Positions 1 to 9,632 of a stretch of DNA of 64,000 bases are shown in pieces. The notes under the pieces are model-generated. The model made no database searches and was not told the DNA's origin. It was given only the letters and a program-made list of their open reading frames with translations. Location: contig JBFWOG010000018.1 in the NCBI GenBank assembly GCA_050250645.1, positions 138 to 64,137 of the forward strand. The letters run 5' to 3'. How positions within the stretch are numbered: position 1 is the first letter of the stretch; each line of letters begins with the position of its first letter. The DNA comes from Vicinamibacterales bacterium. Its GTDB lineage: Bacteria; Acidobacteriota; Vicinamibacteria; Vicinamibacterales; UBA2999. The position numbers were made by a program, and so were the translations under genes.

Positions 1-1203
1 CGCCTTGAGTTCCTCGTCGATCGCGTTGAGGAACTCGTCGGTCGTCAGGTACGGATGGTCGGGGCGGATCAGGATGGCGAGGTCCTTCGTCATGCGGCCC
101 GACTCGACGACATCGACGCAGACCTTCTCGAGCGTGTCGGCGAACTTGACGACGTCGGGGGTGCCGTCGAACTGGCCGCGCCAGTGGAGGCCGCGCGTCC
201 ACGCGTAGATCGACGCGATCGGGTTGGTGGACGTGGGCTTGCCCTGCTGGTGCATCCGGTAGTGCCGGGTGACCGTGCCGTGGGCGGCCTCGGCCTCCAC
301 CGTCTTGCCGTCGGGCGACATCAGCACCGAGGTCATGAGGCCGAGCGACCCGTACCCCTGCGCGACGGTGTCGGACTGCACGTCGCCGTCGTAGTTCTTG
401 CAGGCCCAGAGGTAGCCGCCGTTCCACTTCATGTTCGCGGCGACCATGTCGTCGATCAGGCGGTGCTCGTAGGTGAGGTTCTTCTCGGCGAACTTGCCGG
501 CGAACTCCTCGTCGAACACGCGCTGGAAGGTGTTCTTGAACGCGCCGTCGTACACCTTGAGGATGGTGTTCTTCGTCGACATGTAGACGGAGTACTCGCG
601 GTTGAGCGCGTAGGTGAAGCACGCGCGCGCGAAGCCCTCGATCGACGCGTCGAGGTTGAACATCCCCATCGCGACGCCGCCGCCCGTGGTCTTGATGATC
701 TCGCGGCTGATCGCCTCGCCGCCGCCCTCGGGGGTCCAGGAGATGGTCAGCGTGCCCGCGCCGGGGAACTTGAAGTCCTGCGCGCGGTACTGGTCGCCGA
801 AGCCGTGGCGGGCGACCACCACGGGCTTGTCCCAGTGGGTGACGAGCCGCGGGACGTTGCGGCAGATGATCGGCTCACGAAAGATCGTGCCGTCGAGGAT
901 GTTGCGGATGGTGCCGTTCGGCGACCGCCACATCTGCTTGAGCCCGAACTCCTTGACGCGCGCCTCGTCCGGGGTGATCGTCGCGCACTTCACCGCCACG
1001 CCGTACTGCTTGGTGGCGTTCGCCGAGTCCACCGTGATCTGGTCGTCGGTCTTGTCGCGCGCCTCGATGCCGAGGTCGAAGTACTTCAGGTCGATGTCGA
1101 GATACGGAAGGATGAGCTGCTCGCGAATCTTCTGCCAGATGATGCGCGTCATCTCGTCGCCGTCCATCTCGACGACGGGATTCTTGACCTTGATCTTGGC
1201 CAC
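1..1203 (-). CDS. icd: NADP-dependent isocitrate dehydrogenase (eukaryote-like type II); C-terminus runs off the window start
   Basis: My translation of the minus strand (not in the ORF track): [71 protein letters not shown] start at 1203 with AAGGAG 5 nt upstream. Confidence 0.97.
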   Translation of the reverse strand, partial: MAKIKVKNPVVEMDGDEMTRIIWQKIREQLILPYLDIDLKYFDLGIEARDKTDDQITVDSANATKQYGVAVKCATITPDEARVKEFGLKQMWRSPNGTIRNILDGTIFREPIICRNVPRLVTHWDKPVVVARHGFGDQYRAQDFKFPGAGTLTISWTPEGGGEAISREIIKTTGGGVAMGMFNLDASIEGFARACFTYALNREYSVYMSTKNTILKVYDGAFKNTFQRVFDEEFAGKFAEKNLTYEHRLIDDMVAANMKWNGGYLWACKNYDGDVQSDTVAQGYGSLGLMTSVLMSPDGKTVEAEAAHGTVTRHYRMHQQGKPTSTNPIASIYAWTRGLHWRGQFDGTPDVVKFADTLEKVCVDVVESGRMTKDLAILIRPDHPYLTTDEFLNAIDEELKA

Positions 1204-1296
1204 GGATGCTCCTTGGTCAGCCGGCGACGCGCCTCCGGCCGCGAACGGGGCGCGCCGGGCGTCGACCGCGAATTTTCAAACAGGGACGAACGGCGA

Positions 1297-1302
1297 ATTA
1301 TA
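1297..1302 (-). promoter_or_regulatory. Sigma70 -10 box (TATAAT) upstream of icd
   Basis: Perfect TATAAT on the minus strand in an AT-rich patch about 95 nt upstream of the icd start. The -35 position falls inside the 9-bp repeat array. Confidence 0.6.
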
Positions 1303-1315
1303 CAGGTACCGCCAG

Positions 1316-1456
1316 GGTGCCAAGGGTGCCAGGGGTGCCAAAGGTGCCAGGGGTGCGCCGTCAGGGTGCCACGGGTGCCAAGGGTGCCAAAGGTGCCAGG
1401 GGTGCGCCGTCAGGGTGCCACGGGTGCCCAGGGTGCCACGGGTGCCAAGGGTGCGC
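1316..1456 (+). repeat. 9-bp tandem array, GGTGCC subtype (15 units; three are 13-nt GGTGCGCC variants)
   Basis: Units GGTGCCAAG/AGG/AAA/ACG/CAG start at 1316, 1325, 1334, 1343, 1352, 1365 ... 1450, between divergent icd and the SnoaL-like gene. Confidence 0.95.
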
Positions 1457-1513
1457 CAGCAGGTAGCACGGGTGGGGCGGCAGGAATGGCGGCGGCGTGG
1501 GAGAATCCAGCGC

Positions 1514-1897
1514 ATGGCCTCGAATCCGGTCGAGCGGTACCTGGCGGCGCTGGGCGCAGGGGACTTCGATGTGGCGCGGGCGTGCCTGGCGGACGACTTC
1601 ACGTTCTCGGGCTGGTTCGGGCGGTACGACTCGCCCGACGCGTACCTGGCGGCGATGCGCCGGCTGCGGGGATTCGTCGAGGGCATGGACGTGCGGCACG
1701 TCTTCGCCCACGGTCCCGAGGTGTGCCTGATCTACACGAGCCACACGCGGAACGGCGACGCGGTGCCCGCCGCGGCCTGGTTCCGCCTGGACGGCGACCG
1801 CATCCGCTCGCTCGAGGTCATCTGCGACTCGCGGCCGTTCCAGGCCTTCTGGCAGGAGGCGCTCGGGGAGTCAGACGCGGGTTCCACCGGTTCCTGA
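1514..1897 (+). CDS. SnoaL/NTF2-like fold protein (127 aa)
   Basis: MASNPVERYLAALGAGDFDVARACLADDFTF..WFRLDGDRIRSLEVICDSRPF has the typical NTF2-like length and pattern. Confidence 0.8.
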   Translation: MASNPVERYLAALGAGDFDVARACLADDFTFSGWFGRYDSPDAYLAAMRRLRGFVEGMDVRHVFAHGPEVCLIYTSHTRNGDAVPAAAWFRLDGDRIRSLEVICDSRPFQAFWQEALGESDAGSTGS

Positions 1898-1914
1898 GTT
1901 CCTCGGGTTCCGGG
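1880..1914 (+). repeat. 9-bp array, GGTTCC subtype (4 units), spanning the SnoaL stop codon
   Basis: GGTTCCACC GGTTCCTGA GTTCCTCG GGTTCCGGG. Confidence 0.75.
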
Positions 1915-2027
1915 GGCCTGCGGCCCGTCCGCGGATGGACGCGGATGGACGCGGATGGCTGGCGCTCGCGGGGATTGGCGTCCGGGAGATCCCCGGGCGG
2001 CGCCTGCACCCGCAGGGTGCAGCGGAT

Positions 2028-2097
2028 GGGCAAGGGACGGCCAGGGGCAAGACCAGCCACGGTCCGACCAGGTCTTGCCCCTGGCCGTCCCTTGCCC
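2028..2097. repeat. Perfect 27-bp inverted repeat with a 16-nt loop
   Basis: GGGCAAGGGACGGCCAGGGGCAAGACC (2028-2054) and its exact reverse complement (2071-2097), between convergent genes. Confidence 0.95.
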
Positions 2098-2280
2098 GCC
2101 GGCCGCGCCGCTCCGCGGCGCGGGCGCCGCCCCACGTCGGACGCCTCCGTGTCTCCCGTGGCCTTCTCCGTGTCTCCGTGTCCGCGGAGCGGCCCCGACC
2201 AGGCTCCGGCGTGCGACGATTCGGCAACCGCTGTGCGTCCAGCGCTCGGCGTGCTCTGTGTGCCCTGTGGACCGTCGCCG

Positions 2281-4608
2281 TCAGAACCGGAAGAGACGCG
2301 TCAGCTTGATGACGAAGGCGCGGTTCCTGAGGCCCGTGCCGTTCGGGCGGGTGTCGCGCTCGTCGGTCCACACGAGGAAGAGCTCGCTCCCCGGCCGGTA
2401 CTCCCAGCGGTAGCGGAGGTTGCTGCTGAAGGTCCGGTCGCTCGAGTTGTACTGCACGAGCGCGCTGGCGAACATCCGCGGCGAGAAGGCGTAGTCGCTG
2501 CGCGTCCGGAACAGGCGCTGGATGACACGGCCGGCCGGCAGGTCGAGGTCGTTGAAGGTCAGGCTCGGCTCGAACGACAGGTGGTTGGTCACCGAGACGC
2601 GGCCGCTCGAGAAGCCGATCGCGGTGAGCGTCCCGTCGTAGAACTCGCCGCGCTGCACCGAGAACGTGCCCGAGACGCGCCGCTGCTGCCCCAGCATGTA
2701 GGACACCTTGACGTCGCTGAAGTCGTAGGCGCCGGGCGCAATGCGCACGCCGCCCCCCACGGAGAACGGCACGAACAGCCGCTCGTAGTTGCGGGTGGCC
2801 TCGACAGTCGCCTGGTCGCTCGTTTCGAGCTCGGTGTTGAACTTCGCGCTCTGCTGCCGCGACTCGAGCACGCCGGCGCCGTTCTCGTAGTAGTCGAGCG
2901 CCGCCTCCCACGTGAACTTGCGCACGGCGGCGATGCCGCGGGGCCGCGGGCTGAAGCGCGCGGTCACCGACGACTTGCGGAAGTCGTCGCGCCGCACGAA
3001 GCCGACCTGCGGGTTGAAGTCGGCGCCCACCTTCAGGCGCTCGGCCTGCAGGCCGTACCGGTCCGCCAGGTAGTCGAACTTGGCCTGGTAGCTCTCGTTG
3101 TCGCCGCCGAGGTGCTCCGAGGCGGTGCGGGCGTAGAACGCCCCCATCTGGACGTTCTGGAAGAACGAGAACGCCGCGTCCACGCCGTACGACTGGCTGG
3201 CCGGCCCGCCCCCCGGTGAGACCGACCGGTTCGTGAACATCGCGCCGACCGCGCTCCGCCGCAGGATGTCGTGCTTCACGCGGAGGACCGTGAAGTTGGT
3301 CGCCGCCGTCGCGCTGAGCGGCTCGTCCCCGGCCTGGATGTTCATCACCCCGACCGCCCACGGGCCGACCTTGCCGGTCAGCCGGCCGCCCACGTCGATG
3401 GGGATCACCCGCCCGGCGTTGAGGCCGATGCGCCGGCTGTAGAACAGGTAGGGCGTGTCGCTGCCTCCCCCGCCGCCGCCGGCGCCGGATCCCCCGCGGG
3501 CGAAGTCGAACACCCCGCGCCCCTCGAGGAAGAAGTCGCGCTTCTCGGGAAAGAACAGGCTGAAGCGCGTCAGGTTGACCTGCTGCTCGTCCACCTCGAC
3601 CTGCGCGAAATCGGTGTTCACCGTGAGGTCCGCGGTGAGGTTCGCCGTCACGCCGTACTTCACGTCGCCGCCCGCCGTGCCGTCCCACTCGTTCGACCGC
3701 GCCGGCACCGCCGTGCGATCGGTGGTCACGTTCGCGATCGCGTACGGCTTCACCTCGAGGTTCTTGCTCGCGGGCGGCAGGTCGAGCCCGACGAGCGTGC
3801 CGGCGGCCGACACCCGGTTGAGCGCCTGCGGCCCCGCGAGGTACGCCGGCACCGGCGTCAGGTAGGTCCACTCGTTCTTCCGCCGGATGGACCGCCGCAT
3901 CTGCAGGCCCCACATCTGGCCGGCGCCCGACTGGTAGCGCAGCGTCTTGAACGGGATCGCCATCTCGACGACCCAGCCGCCGTCGAAGCGGCCGCCCTTC
4001 ACGTCCCAGACCGGGTTCCAGTCGGTGTTCGACCCGCCCTCGTCCACCACGGAGTAGTCGGCCCGCGCGCCGAGCGGGTTCGCGTAGAACATGAAGCCGC
4101 TGCGCCGGTCGTAGAACGTGTCGAACATGACGCCGAAGTGGTCGTTGTTGCGCAGCCCCGCCGTGTCGCGGCGCAGTTCGTTGGCCACCCACCGCTCCGG
4201 CGGGGCATCGTCCCAGCACCGGCACGTGACGTACATGTTGGTGTCGTCGTACATCACCCAGACGTCGGTGCGCTCGGACGAGGGCGCCCCGGCGGTCGGG
4301 GCGACCTGGATGAACCCGCCGAAGGGCTGTTCGGTCCGGTAGACGTCCTCGTCGAGGCGCCCGTCGAGCCGGAGGGGCTCGGTGAGGTGGATGGCGCGCA
4401 CGGTGGCACGGCCGGCCGCGTCCCGGGTGATCGTCTCGGGCGCGATCGGGGCCGGCGGGCCGTCGATCACCCGGCCGGGGCTTCCCGGGGCGGCGCCCCC
4501 GCCCGCGTCCTGCGCGGCGGCGACGGGGGCGAAGAGGACGAGCAGGACGAGGGCGGAAAGGGACGAAGAAAACACGAAATCGCGCATGGGTTCCCGAAAG
4601 CGTCGCAT
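2281..4608 (-). CDS. CBM9-like / DUF5916 outer-membrane beta-barrel protein
   Basis: Signal peptide; N-terminal [12 protein letters not shown]...SERT sugar-binding-like domain; NPDFGQVE-like [29 protein letters not shown] motif; C-terminal Phe. Start may be 4587. Confidence 0.8.
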   Translation of the reverse strand: MRRFREPMRDFVFSSSLSALVLLVLFAPVAAAQDAGGGAAPGSPGRVIDGPPAPIAPETITRDAAGRATVRAIHLTEPLRLDGRLDEDVYRTEQPFGGFIQVAPTAGAPSSERTDVWVMYDDTNMYVTCRCWDDAPPERWVANELRRDTAGLRNNDHFGVMFDTFYDRRSGFMFYANPLGARADYSVVDEGGSNTDWNPVWDVKGGRFDGGWVVEMAIPFKTLRYQSGAGQMWGLQMRRSIRRKNEWTYLTPVPAYLAGPQALNRVSAAGTLVGLDLPPASKNLEVKPYAIANVTTDRTAVPARSNEWDGTAGGDVKYGVTANLTADLTVNTDFAQVEVDEQQVNLTRFSLFFPEKRDFFLEGRGVFDFARGGSGAGGGGGGSDTPYLFYSRRIGLNAGRVIPIDVGGRLTGKVGPWAVGVMNIQAGDEPLSATAATNFTVLRVKHDILRRSAVGAMFTNRSVSPGGGPASQSYGVDAAFSFFQNVQMGAFYARTASEHLGGDNESYQAKFDYLADRYGLQAERLKVGADFNPQVGFVRRDDFRKSSVTARFSPRPRGIAAVRKFTWEAALDYYENGAGVLESRQQSAKFNTELETSDQATVEATRNYERLFVPFSVGGGVRIAPGAYDFSDVKVSYMLGQQRRVSGTFSVQRGEFYDGTLTAIGFSSGRVSVTNHLSFEPSLTFNDLDLPAGRVIQRLFRTRSDYAFSPRMFASALVQYNSSDRTFSSNLRYRWEYRPGSELFLVWTDERDTRPNGTGLRNRAFVIKLTRLFRF

Positions 4609-4670
4609 ACCGTCGAGGTCGAAGTCGAGGGACTCGCTCCCGGGAGACCACCCGGTGTAATCTTGGCGCC

Positions 4671-5165
4671 ATGCCCTACACGCTGACGGTCAACGGAAAG
4701 GCCACCACCGTCGACGTGCCCGCCGACATGCCCCTCCTGTGGGTCCTGCGGGACGTCCTCGACCTCCGTGGCACGAAATTCGGCTGCGGGATCGGCCAGT
4801 GCGGCGCCTGCACGGTCCACCTCAACGGCCGGCCGGTGCGGTCCTGCCAGACCCGGGTCTCGGCGGCCGCGGGGGCCACCGTCACCACCATCGAGGGGCT
4901 GTCCCCGGATGGGTCGCACCCGCTGCAGGTCGCGTGGCAGGACGTGGACGTCCCGCAGTGCGGCTACTGCCAGGCGGGCCAGATCATGTCGGCCGCCGCG
5001 CTGCTGGCCCAGACGCCGCAGCCCACCGACGCGGACATCGACCGCGCGATGGCCGGCAACTACTGCCGCTGCGCGACCTACACGCGCATCCGCAAGGCGA
5101 TTCACCAGGCCGCGGGCGCCGCGACCACCAGCCAGCCGGCCCCGGCCGCGCGGGCGGGCGAGTAA
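4671..5165 (+). CDS. (2Fe-2S)-binding subunit, isoquinoline 1-oxidoreductase alpha / CoxS-like
   Basis: [25 protein letters not shown] and CRC motifs. Confidence 0.95.
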   Translation: MPYTLTVNGKATTVDVPADMPLLWVLRDVLDLRGTKFGCGIGQCGACTVHLNGRPVRSCQTRVSAAAGATVTTIEGLSPDGSHPLQVAWQDVDVPQCGYCQAGQIMSAAALLAQTPQPTDADIDRAMAGNYCRCATYTRIRKAIHQAAGAATTSQPAPAARAGE

Positions 5166-5174
5166 GGAGGCGAC

Positions 5175-7370
5175 ATGGCACCCACGGTGATGAACCGACG
5201 CACGTTCCTCAGTGTCTCCGCGCTCGCCGGCGGCGGGCTCATGCTCGCCACCACGCTCGAGCCGATCAGCGGCCTGCTCGCCCAGGGCGCGGCGGGGACG
5301 TTCTCGCCGAACGCCTTCATCACGATCGCGTCTGACGGCGCGATCACGATCATGGCCAAGAACCCGGAGGTCGGCCAGGGCATCAAGACGATGCTGCCGA
5401 TGATCCTCGCCGAGGAACTGGGCGTGGAGTGGGGCGCGATCACGATCAAGCAGGCCGACCTGGACGAGGAGGCCTACGGGCGCCAGATCGCCGGCGGCAG
5501 CACGAGCACGCCGACCAACTGGGATCCGCTCCGGCAGGCCGGCGCGGTGGGGCGCCACCTGCTGATCGCCGCCGCGGCGGCGACGTGGAGCGTGCCGGCG
5601 GCGGCGTGCGAGGCGCGCGCCGGCCGGGTGCACCACGCCGGCTCGGGCCGCTCGCTCGGCTACGGCGAGCTCGCCGCGAAGGCGGCGACGATGCCGGTGC
5701 CGGACCCGGAGACCGTCGCCCTCAAGGACCCGAAGGACTACACCATCGTCGGCAAGCCGACGAAGGGCATCGACGTGCCCGCGATCGTCACCGGCAAGCC
5801 GATCTTCAGCATCGACTTCACGGTGCCGAACATGCTCTGGGCCGTGTTCGAGAAGTGCCCGGTGTACGGCGGGACGGTCGCGAGCGCCAACCTCGACGAG
5901 ATCAAGGCGATGCCCGGCATCCGCCACGCGTTCGTCGTCGAGGGCGGGAAGGATCTCGGCGGGCTGCTCGGCGGCGTCGCGGTGGTCGGCGACAGCTGGT
6001 GGCAGGCGAAGACGGCGCGCGACAAGCTGCAGGTCCGGTGGAACGAGGGCCCGACGGCGTCGCAGAGCTCGGCGGGCTTCGCGGCCAGGGCGGCGGAGCT
6101 GGCGGCGGCGGCCCCCGGCATGACCCTGCACGAGTCGGGCGACGTGGCGGGCGCGCTGTCGGGCGCCGCCAAGTTGGTCGAGGCGTCGTACTCGTACCCG
6201 TTCATCTCCCACGCGCAGCTCGAGCCGGAGAACTGCGTCGCGCACTACAAGGACGGCACCATCGAGATGTGGTCGCCGAGCCAGACGCCGGGTCGCGGCC
6301 GCGCGATGGTCGCCGAGACGCTGGGCATCCCGGAATCGGCGGTGACGGTGCACATGCTGCAGTCGGGCGGCGGCTTCGGGCGGCGCCTGGCGAACGACTA
6401 CATGTGCGAGGTGGCGCACATCGCGAAGGTCGTGGGCCAGCCGGTGAAGCTCCTGTGGACGCGCGAGGACGACATGCGCCACGACTTCTACCGGCCGGGC
6501 GGCTTCCACCACCTGAAGGGCGGCGTCGACGCCTCGGGCCGCATCGTCGGGTGGCGCGGCCACTTCATCAGCTTCGGCGAGGGCGAGAGCTTCGCCTCGT
6601 CGGCCAACATCCCCGGCACCGAGTTCCCGGCCGGGTTCGTGCCGAACTTCGGCCTCTACGCGTCGCTGATGCCGCTCGGCGTGCCGACCGGCGCGCTGCG
6701 GGCGCCGCGCAGCAACGCGGTCGCGTTCGTCTACCAGTCGTTCCTCGACGAGCTCGCGCACGCCGCGGGCCAGGACCCGGTCGCCTTCCGCCTGGCGCTG
6801 CTCGACCAGACGCGGCGGCTGCCGGAGGGACAGCGCGACGACGGCTTCAACGCGAGCCGGATGCGCGCGGTCGTCGACCTGGTCGCGAAGCGCGCCAACT
6901 GGGGCCGGTCGCTGCCGCAGGGCACGGCCCTCGGCACCGCGTTCTACTACAGCCACCGCGGCTACTTCGCCGAGGTCGCGCAGGTCGCGGTCGGCGCGGA
7001 CAAGCGGCTGCGGGTCGAGAAGGTCTGGGTGGTCGGCGACGTCGGGCGCCAGATCATCAACCCGAGCAACGCCGAGAACCAGGTGCAGGGCGCGGTGATC
7101 GACGGGCTCGGCGAGCTGATGGCGCAGGAGATCACGTTCGAGAACGGCCGCGCGATGCAGTCGAACTACCACCAGTTCCCGCTGGTCCGGATGCCGCAGG
7201 CGCCGCCGGAGATCGACGTGCACTTCCACGTGACCGACTTCCCGCCGACGGGCCTCGGCGAGCCCGCGCTGCCGCCGGTGCTGCCGGCGGTGACCAACGC
7301 GATCTTCGCCGCGACGGGCACGCGCGTCCGCGACCTGCCGCTCGCCAGGCACGGCTACCGCTGGGCGTAG
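5175..7370 (+). CDS. Xanthine-dehydrogenase-family molybdopterin subunit (IorB-like), Tat-exported
   Basis: NRRTFL Tat motif; EVGQG, GGGFGRR, GALRAP and GLGEP motifs; operonic with the 2Fe-2S subunit (AGGAGG RBS). Confidence 0.93.
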   Translation: MAPTVMNRRTFLSVSALAGGGLMLATTLEPISGLLAQGAAGTFSPNAFITIASDGAITIMAKNPEVGQGIKTMLPMILAEELGVEWGAITIKQADLDEEAYGRQIAGGSTSTPTNWDPLRQAGAVGRHLLIAAAAATWSVPAAACEARAGRVHHAGSGRSLGYGELAAKAATMPVPDPETVALKDPKDYTIVGKPTKGIDVPAIVTGKPIFSIDFTVPNMLWAVFEKCPVYGGTVASANLDEIKAMPGIRHAFVVEGGKDLGGLLGGVAVVGDSWWQAKTARDKLQVRWNEGPTASQSSAGFAARAAELAAAAPGMTLHESGDVAGALSGAAKLVEASYSYPFISHAQLEPENCVAHYKDGTIEMWSPSQTPGRGRAMVAETLGIPESAVTVHMLQSGGGFGRRLANDYMCEVAHIAKVVGQPVKLLWTREDDMRHDFYRPGGFHHLKGGVDASGRIVGWRGHFISFGEGESFASSANIPGTEFPAGFVPNFGLYASLMPLGVPTGALRAPRSNAVAFVYQSFLDELAHAAGQDPVAFRLALLDQTRRLPEGQRDDGFNASRMRAVVDLVAKRANWGRSLPQGTALGTAFYYSHRGYFAEVAQVAVGADKRLRVEKVWVVGDVGRQIINPSNAENQVQGAVIDGLGELMAQEITFENGRAMQSNYHQFPLVRMPQAPPEIDVHFHVTDFPPTGLGEPALPPVLPAVTNAIFAATGTRVRDLPLARHGYRWA

Positions 7371-7477
7371 CCGGCCGACGACATCGACGCCGTCCCGGGA
7401 AGGGGTCAGGCCCCGTCCCGGGATGGCCCGGACTGGACGAGGGGCCCGCCCCCTCGTCCGCGACACGAGGAGAACCC

Positions 7478-7807
7478 ATGCAGAAAGCCGTCAAGCTCGC
7501 GCTCGCCGTCATCCTCGCCCTCGGCCTGCTCGGCCCCGTGGCGCTCGGCGCCATGCACGGCGCCGACGAGGTCACGATGACCGGCAAGATCGTGTGCGCG
7601 CTGTGCACGCTCAACAAGGCCGACCAGAAGGACTGCCAGGACGTCTTCGTGTCGAGCGACGATGTCGAGTACTACATCGAGAAGAACAAGACCGCGACCG
7701 ACGCCGGGCACGTGTGCACCAGCGAGGTCTCGGCGACCGTGACGGGCACCGTGTCGGAGAAGGACGGCAAGAAGTGGATTGCCGCCTCGAAGATCACCAA
7801 GCGGTAG
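7478..7807 (+). CDS. Small secreted Cys/His protein, DUF6370-like (109 aa)
   Basis: GAGGAG RBS; signal peptide; TMTGKIVCALC..C..YY..HVC..VTGTVSEKDGKKWI pattern. Confidence 0.7.
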   Translation: MQKAVKLALAVILALGLLGPVALGAMHGADEVTMTGKIVCALCTLNKADQKDCQDVFVSSDDVEYYIEKNKTATDAGHVCTSEVSATVTGTVSEKDGKKWIAASKITKR

Positions 7808-7824
7808 CTGGGACTGGCTGACGC

Positions 7825-7860
7825 ACGAAACGCCGGCTCTCCTGGGGGGCCGGCGTTCGT
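7825..7860. terminator. Putative bidirectional intrinsic terminator hairpin
   Basis: AACGCCGGC / GCCGGCGTT 9-bp stem with an ACG/CGT extension, between convergent genes. Confidence 0.55.
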
Positions 7861-7869
7861 GTTGTACGG

Positions 7870-7958
7870 GGTTCGTCAGGTTCGTCAGGTTCGTCAGGTT
7901 CGACGGGTTCGACGGGTTCGTCAGGTTCGAGGGTTCGTCAGGTTCGACGGGGTCGACC
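7870..7958 (+). repeat. 9-bp array, GGTTCG subtype (10 units)
   Basis: GGTTCGTCA x3, GGTTCGACG x2, GGTTCGTCA, GGTTCGAG, GGTTCGTCA, GGTTCGACG, GGGTCGACC. Confidence 0.95.
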
Positions 7959-7960
7959 GC

Positions 7961-8377
7961 TCAGGCCTCGCGCTCGATGCGGACGCGGAGCATCGCGACG
8001 CCGATGAAGAGCATGAGCAGCATCCCGCCGCCCCCGAGCTGGTTGACGCACCGCAGGCGCACGTGTTCGCCGGGCCGCGCCTCGAACTCGAAGCTGTGGC
8101 CCACGAGGGTGTTGTGGGCCTTCAGGGTGTGGACGCCCGGCCGGATCTCGCGCGTCAGCTCGCGGCCGTAGCGGATGGGCTCCCACCGCTCGCCGTCGAG
8201 CCACAGGTTCACCGAACGGTCCTGGATGTCGTTGGGGGCGTTGCGGACGACGGTCAGCCAGGTGTTGCCCGGATCGACGCAGAGCCCGGGCTCGCCGTCT
8301 TCGCCGCCGTGCCAGGCGCGCTCGAAGTCGTCCGGCGCGAACAGCGCCGCGCCGATGTCGTCGGTGACCGTGGACAC
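7961..8377 (-). CDS. Hypothetical protein (small beta-rich domain with a hydrophobic C-terminal segment)
   Basis: GGAGG RBS before GTG; non-shadow amino-acid composition. Confidence 0.7.
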   Translation of the reverse strand: MSTVTDDIGAALFAPDDFERAWHGGEDGEPGLCVDPGNTWLTVVRNAPNDIQDRSVNLWLDGERWEPIRYGRELTREIRPGVHTLKAHNTLVGHSFEFEARPGEHVRLRCVNQLGGGGMLLMLFIGVAMLRVRIEREA

Positions 8378-8472
8378 GTGTCCTCCCCTGCCGGCCCGGA
8401 GCGACGGCCGGCGGTGATGGCAGCCCGTGAGTGGATTACCCGTCCCCTAGGATACCGGCGGGCCTGCCCGGC

Positions 8473-9429
8473 TCAAAGGGCGAAGAGGTCCCCGAGGTCG
8501 CCGGCCGCGAGCACGCCGCCTGCCGGCCGCAGGCCGATGGCGGCGGCCGCGGCGCCGAGCACCCGGCCGGGCGTCCAGCCGGCGGCCCGCAGGTCGGAGA
8601 CCCCCGTGTCGCCGTCGGACTTGCTGAGCTTCTGCGTCGCCGACTTCATCACGAGCGGGTGGTGTACGAAGCGGGCGGGCTCGGGCCGGCCGGCGAGCGC
8701 CGCGAGGCGGATCTGACGTCCCGTGGACGCCAGCAGGTCCGTGCCGCGGATCACCAGCGACACCCGCTGCCGCCAGTCGTCCACGCTCGCCGCCCACTGG
8801 TAGGTCCAGTTCCCCAGCCGATCCCGCACCAGCACGTCCCCGCACTGGCCGGCCGGCTCGTGCGTCACGACGCCCACGAGGCCATCGTCGAACGTCACGG
8901 CGCCGGCGTCCATGCGCACGCGCCAGCCCAGGCCGTCGGCGAGCGGGAGGCCGCGGTCGCGGCAGGTCCCGGGATAGTGCAGTTCGCCGGGCTCGCCGGT
9001 CCGCGCGATGCGCCTGGCCTCGATCTGGCGCCGCGAGCAGTCACAGCCATAGACGAGCCCGCGCGCGGCCAGGGCCTCGAGCGCCGCCCGGTAGACCTCG
9101 CCGCGCTCGCTCTGGCGTGACGGGCACGGGCCCGCGCGGAAGGCGTCGGTCGGATAGAGATCCGGCGCCAGGCCCAGCCAGTCGAGGTCATCGAGAATGC
9201 CGCGCTCGAACGCCGGGCGGGCGCGCTGGCGGTCGTGATCCTCGATCCGCAGCAGCACCCGGCCCGCGAGCGCGCGCGCCAGCCCCCACACGATCACGGC
9301 GTTCACGACGTGTCCGAGGTGGAGTTGCCCGGTCGGGGCCGGGGCGAACCGCGTGAGCGGGTGATCGACGACGGGCGCGAGGCGCGCGGCGAGGCGGCGG
9401 CCGTCGATGTGTCCGGTGGAGGCCAGCAC
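8473..9429 (-). CDS. gluQ: Glutamyl-Q tRNA(Asp) synthetase (GluRS catalytic-domain paralog)
   Basis: TRFAPAPTG.LHLGH (HIGH motif), LRIEDHD, CxC..YPGTC zinc motif, VIRGTDLL, KLSKS; about 310 aa with no anticodon-binding domain. Start uncertain. Confidence 0.88.
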   Translation of the reverse strand: MLASTGHIDGRRLAARLAPVVDHPLTRFAPAPTGQLHLGHVVNAVIVWGLARALAGRVLLRIEDHDRQRARPAFERGILDDLDWLGLAPDLYPTDAFRAGPCPSRQSERGEVYRAALEALAARGLVYGCDCSRRQIEARRIARTGEPGELHYPGTCRDRGLPLADGLGWRVRMDAGAVTFDDGLVGVVTHEPAGQCGDVLVRDRLGNWTYQWAASVDDWRQRVSLVIRGTDLLASTGRQIRLAALAGRPEPARFVHHPLVMKSATQKLSKSDGDTGVSDLRAAGWTPGRVLGAAAAAIGLRPAGGVLAAGDLGDLFAL

Positions 9430-9447
9430 CGCGACAGGATACGGGAC

Positions 9448-9495
9448 GGGGACAGTCCCGGGACAGTCCCGGGACAGTCCCGGGACTGTCCCCCC
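9448..9495. repeat. Four tandem 11-bp palindromes GGGACWGTCCC
   Basis: GGGGACAGTCCC GGGACAGTCCC GGGACAGTCCC GGGACTGTCCCCC between divergent gluQ and the LytS-type kinase. Confidence 0.9.
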
Positions 9496-9632
9496 TCTGT
9501 CCCCCCTCCGTCCCCGCCCTGGCCCGGCTCCGTTCGATGGCGGTGGACGGCCGTCCGATCGGGCCGGGCGACCGCTCGCCGGAGACCGGGCATGCGCCCG
9601 CCGGCGCTGGCGTATCCTCGACAGGACGGCCG

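Noticed and set aside
1316-1456. Collagen-like Gly-X-Y peptides (GAKGARGAK; GAWGAW at 29645-29857) and the VRQ/GST repeat ORFs at 29704-31481
   Set aside because: These are translations of the intergenic DNA repeats, with no RBS, signal peptide or coherent flanking domain, and they overlap real genes.
55-3219. Very long alternative-frame or antisense ORFs (e.g. 55-3219, 12114-16382, 19749-23132, 32103-36884, 43520-47419, 59677-63030)
   Set aside because: These are Arg/Gly/Pro/Ala-rich shadows of real genes, caused by stop-codon scarcity at high GC. Where they contain a real gene at the 3' end, I trimmed them to it.
4769-4783. TGGCACG as a sigma54 promoter
   Set aside because: It lies inside the 2Fe-2S coding sequence (RGTKF) and has no GC at the -12 position.
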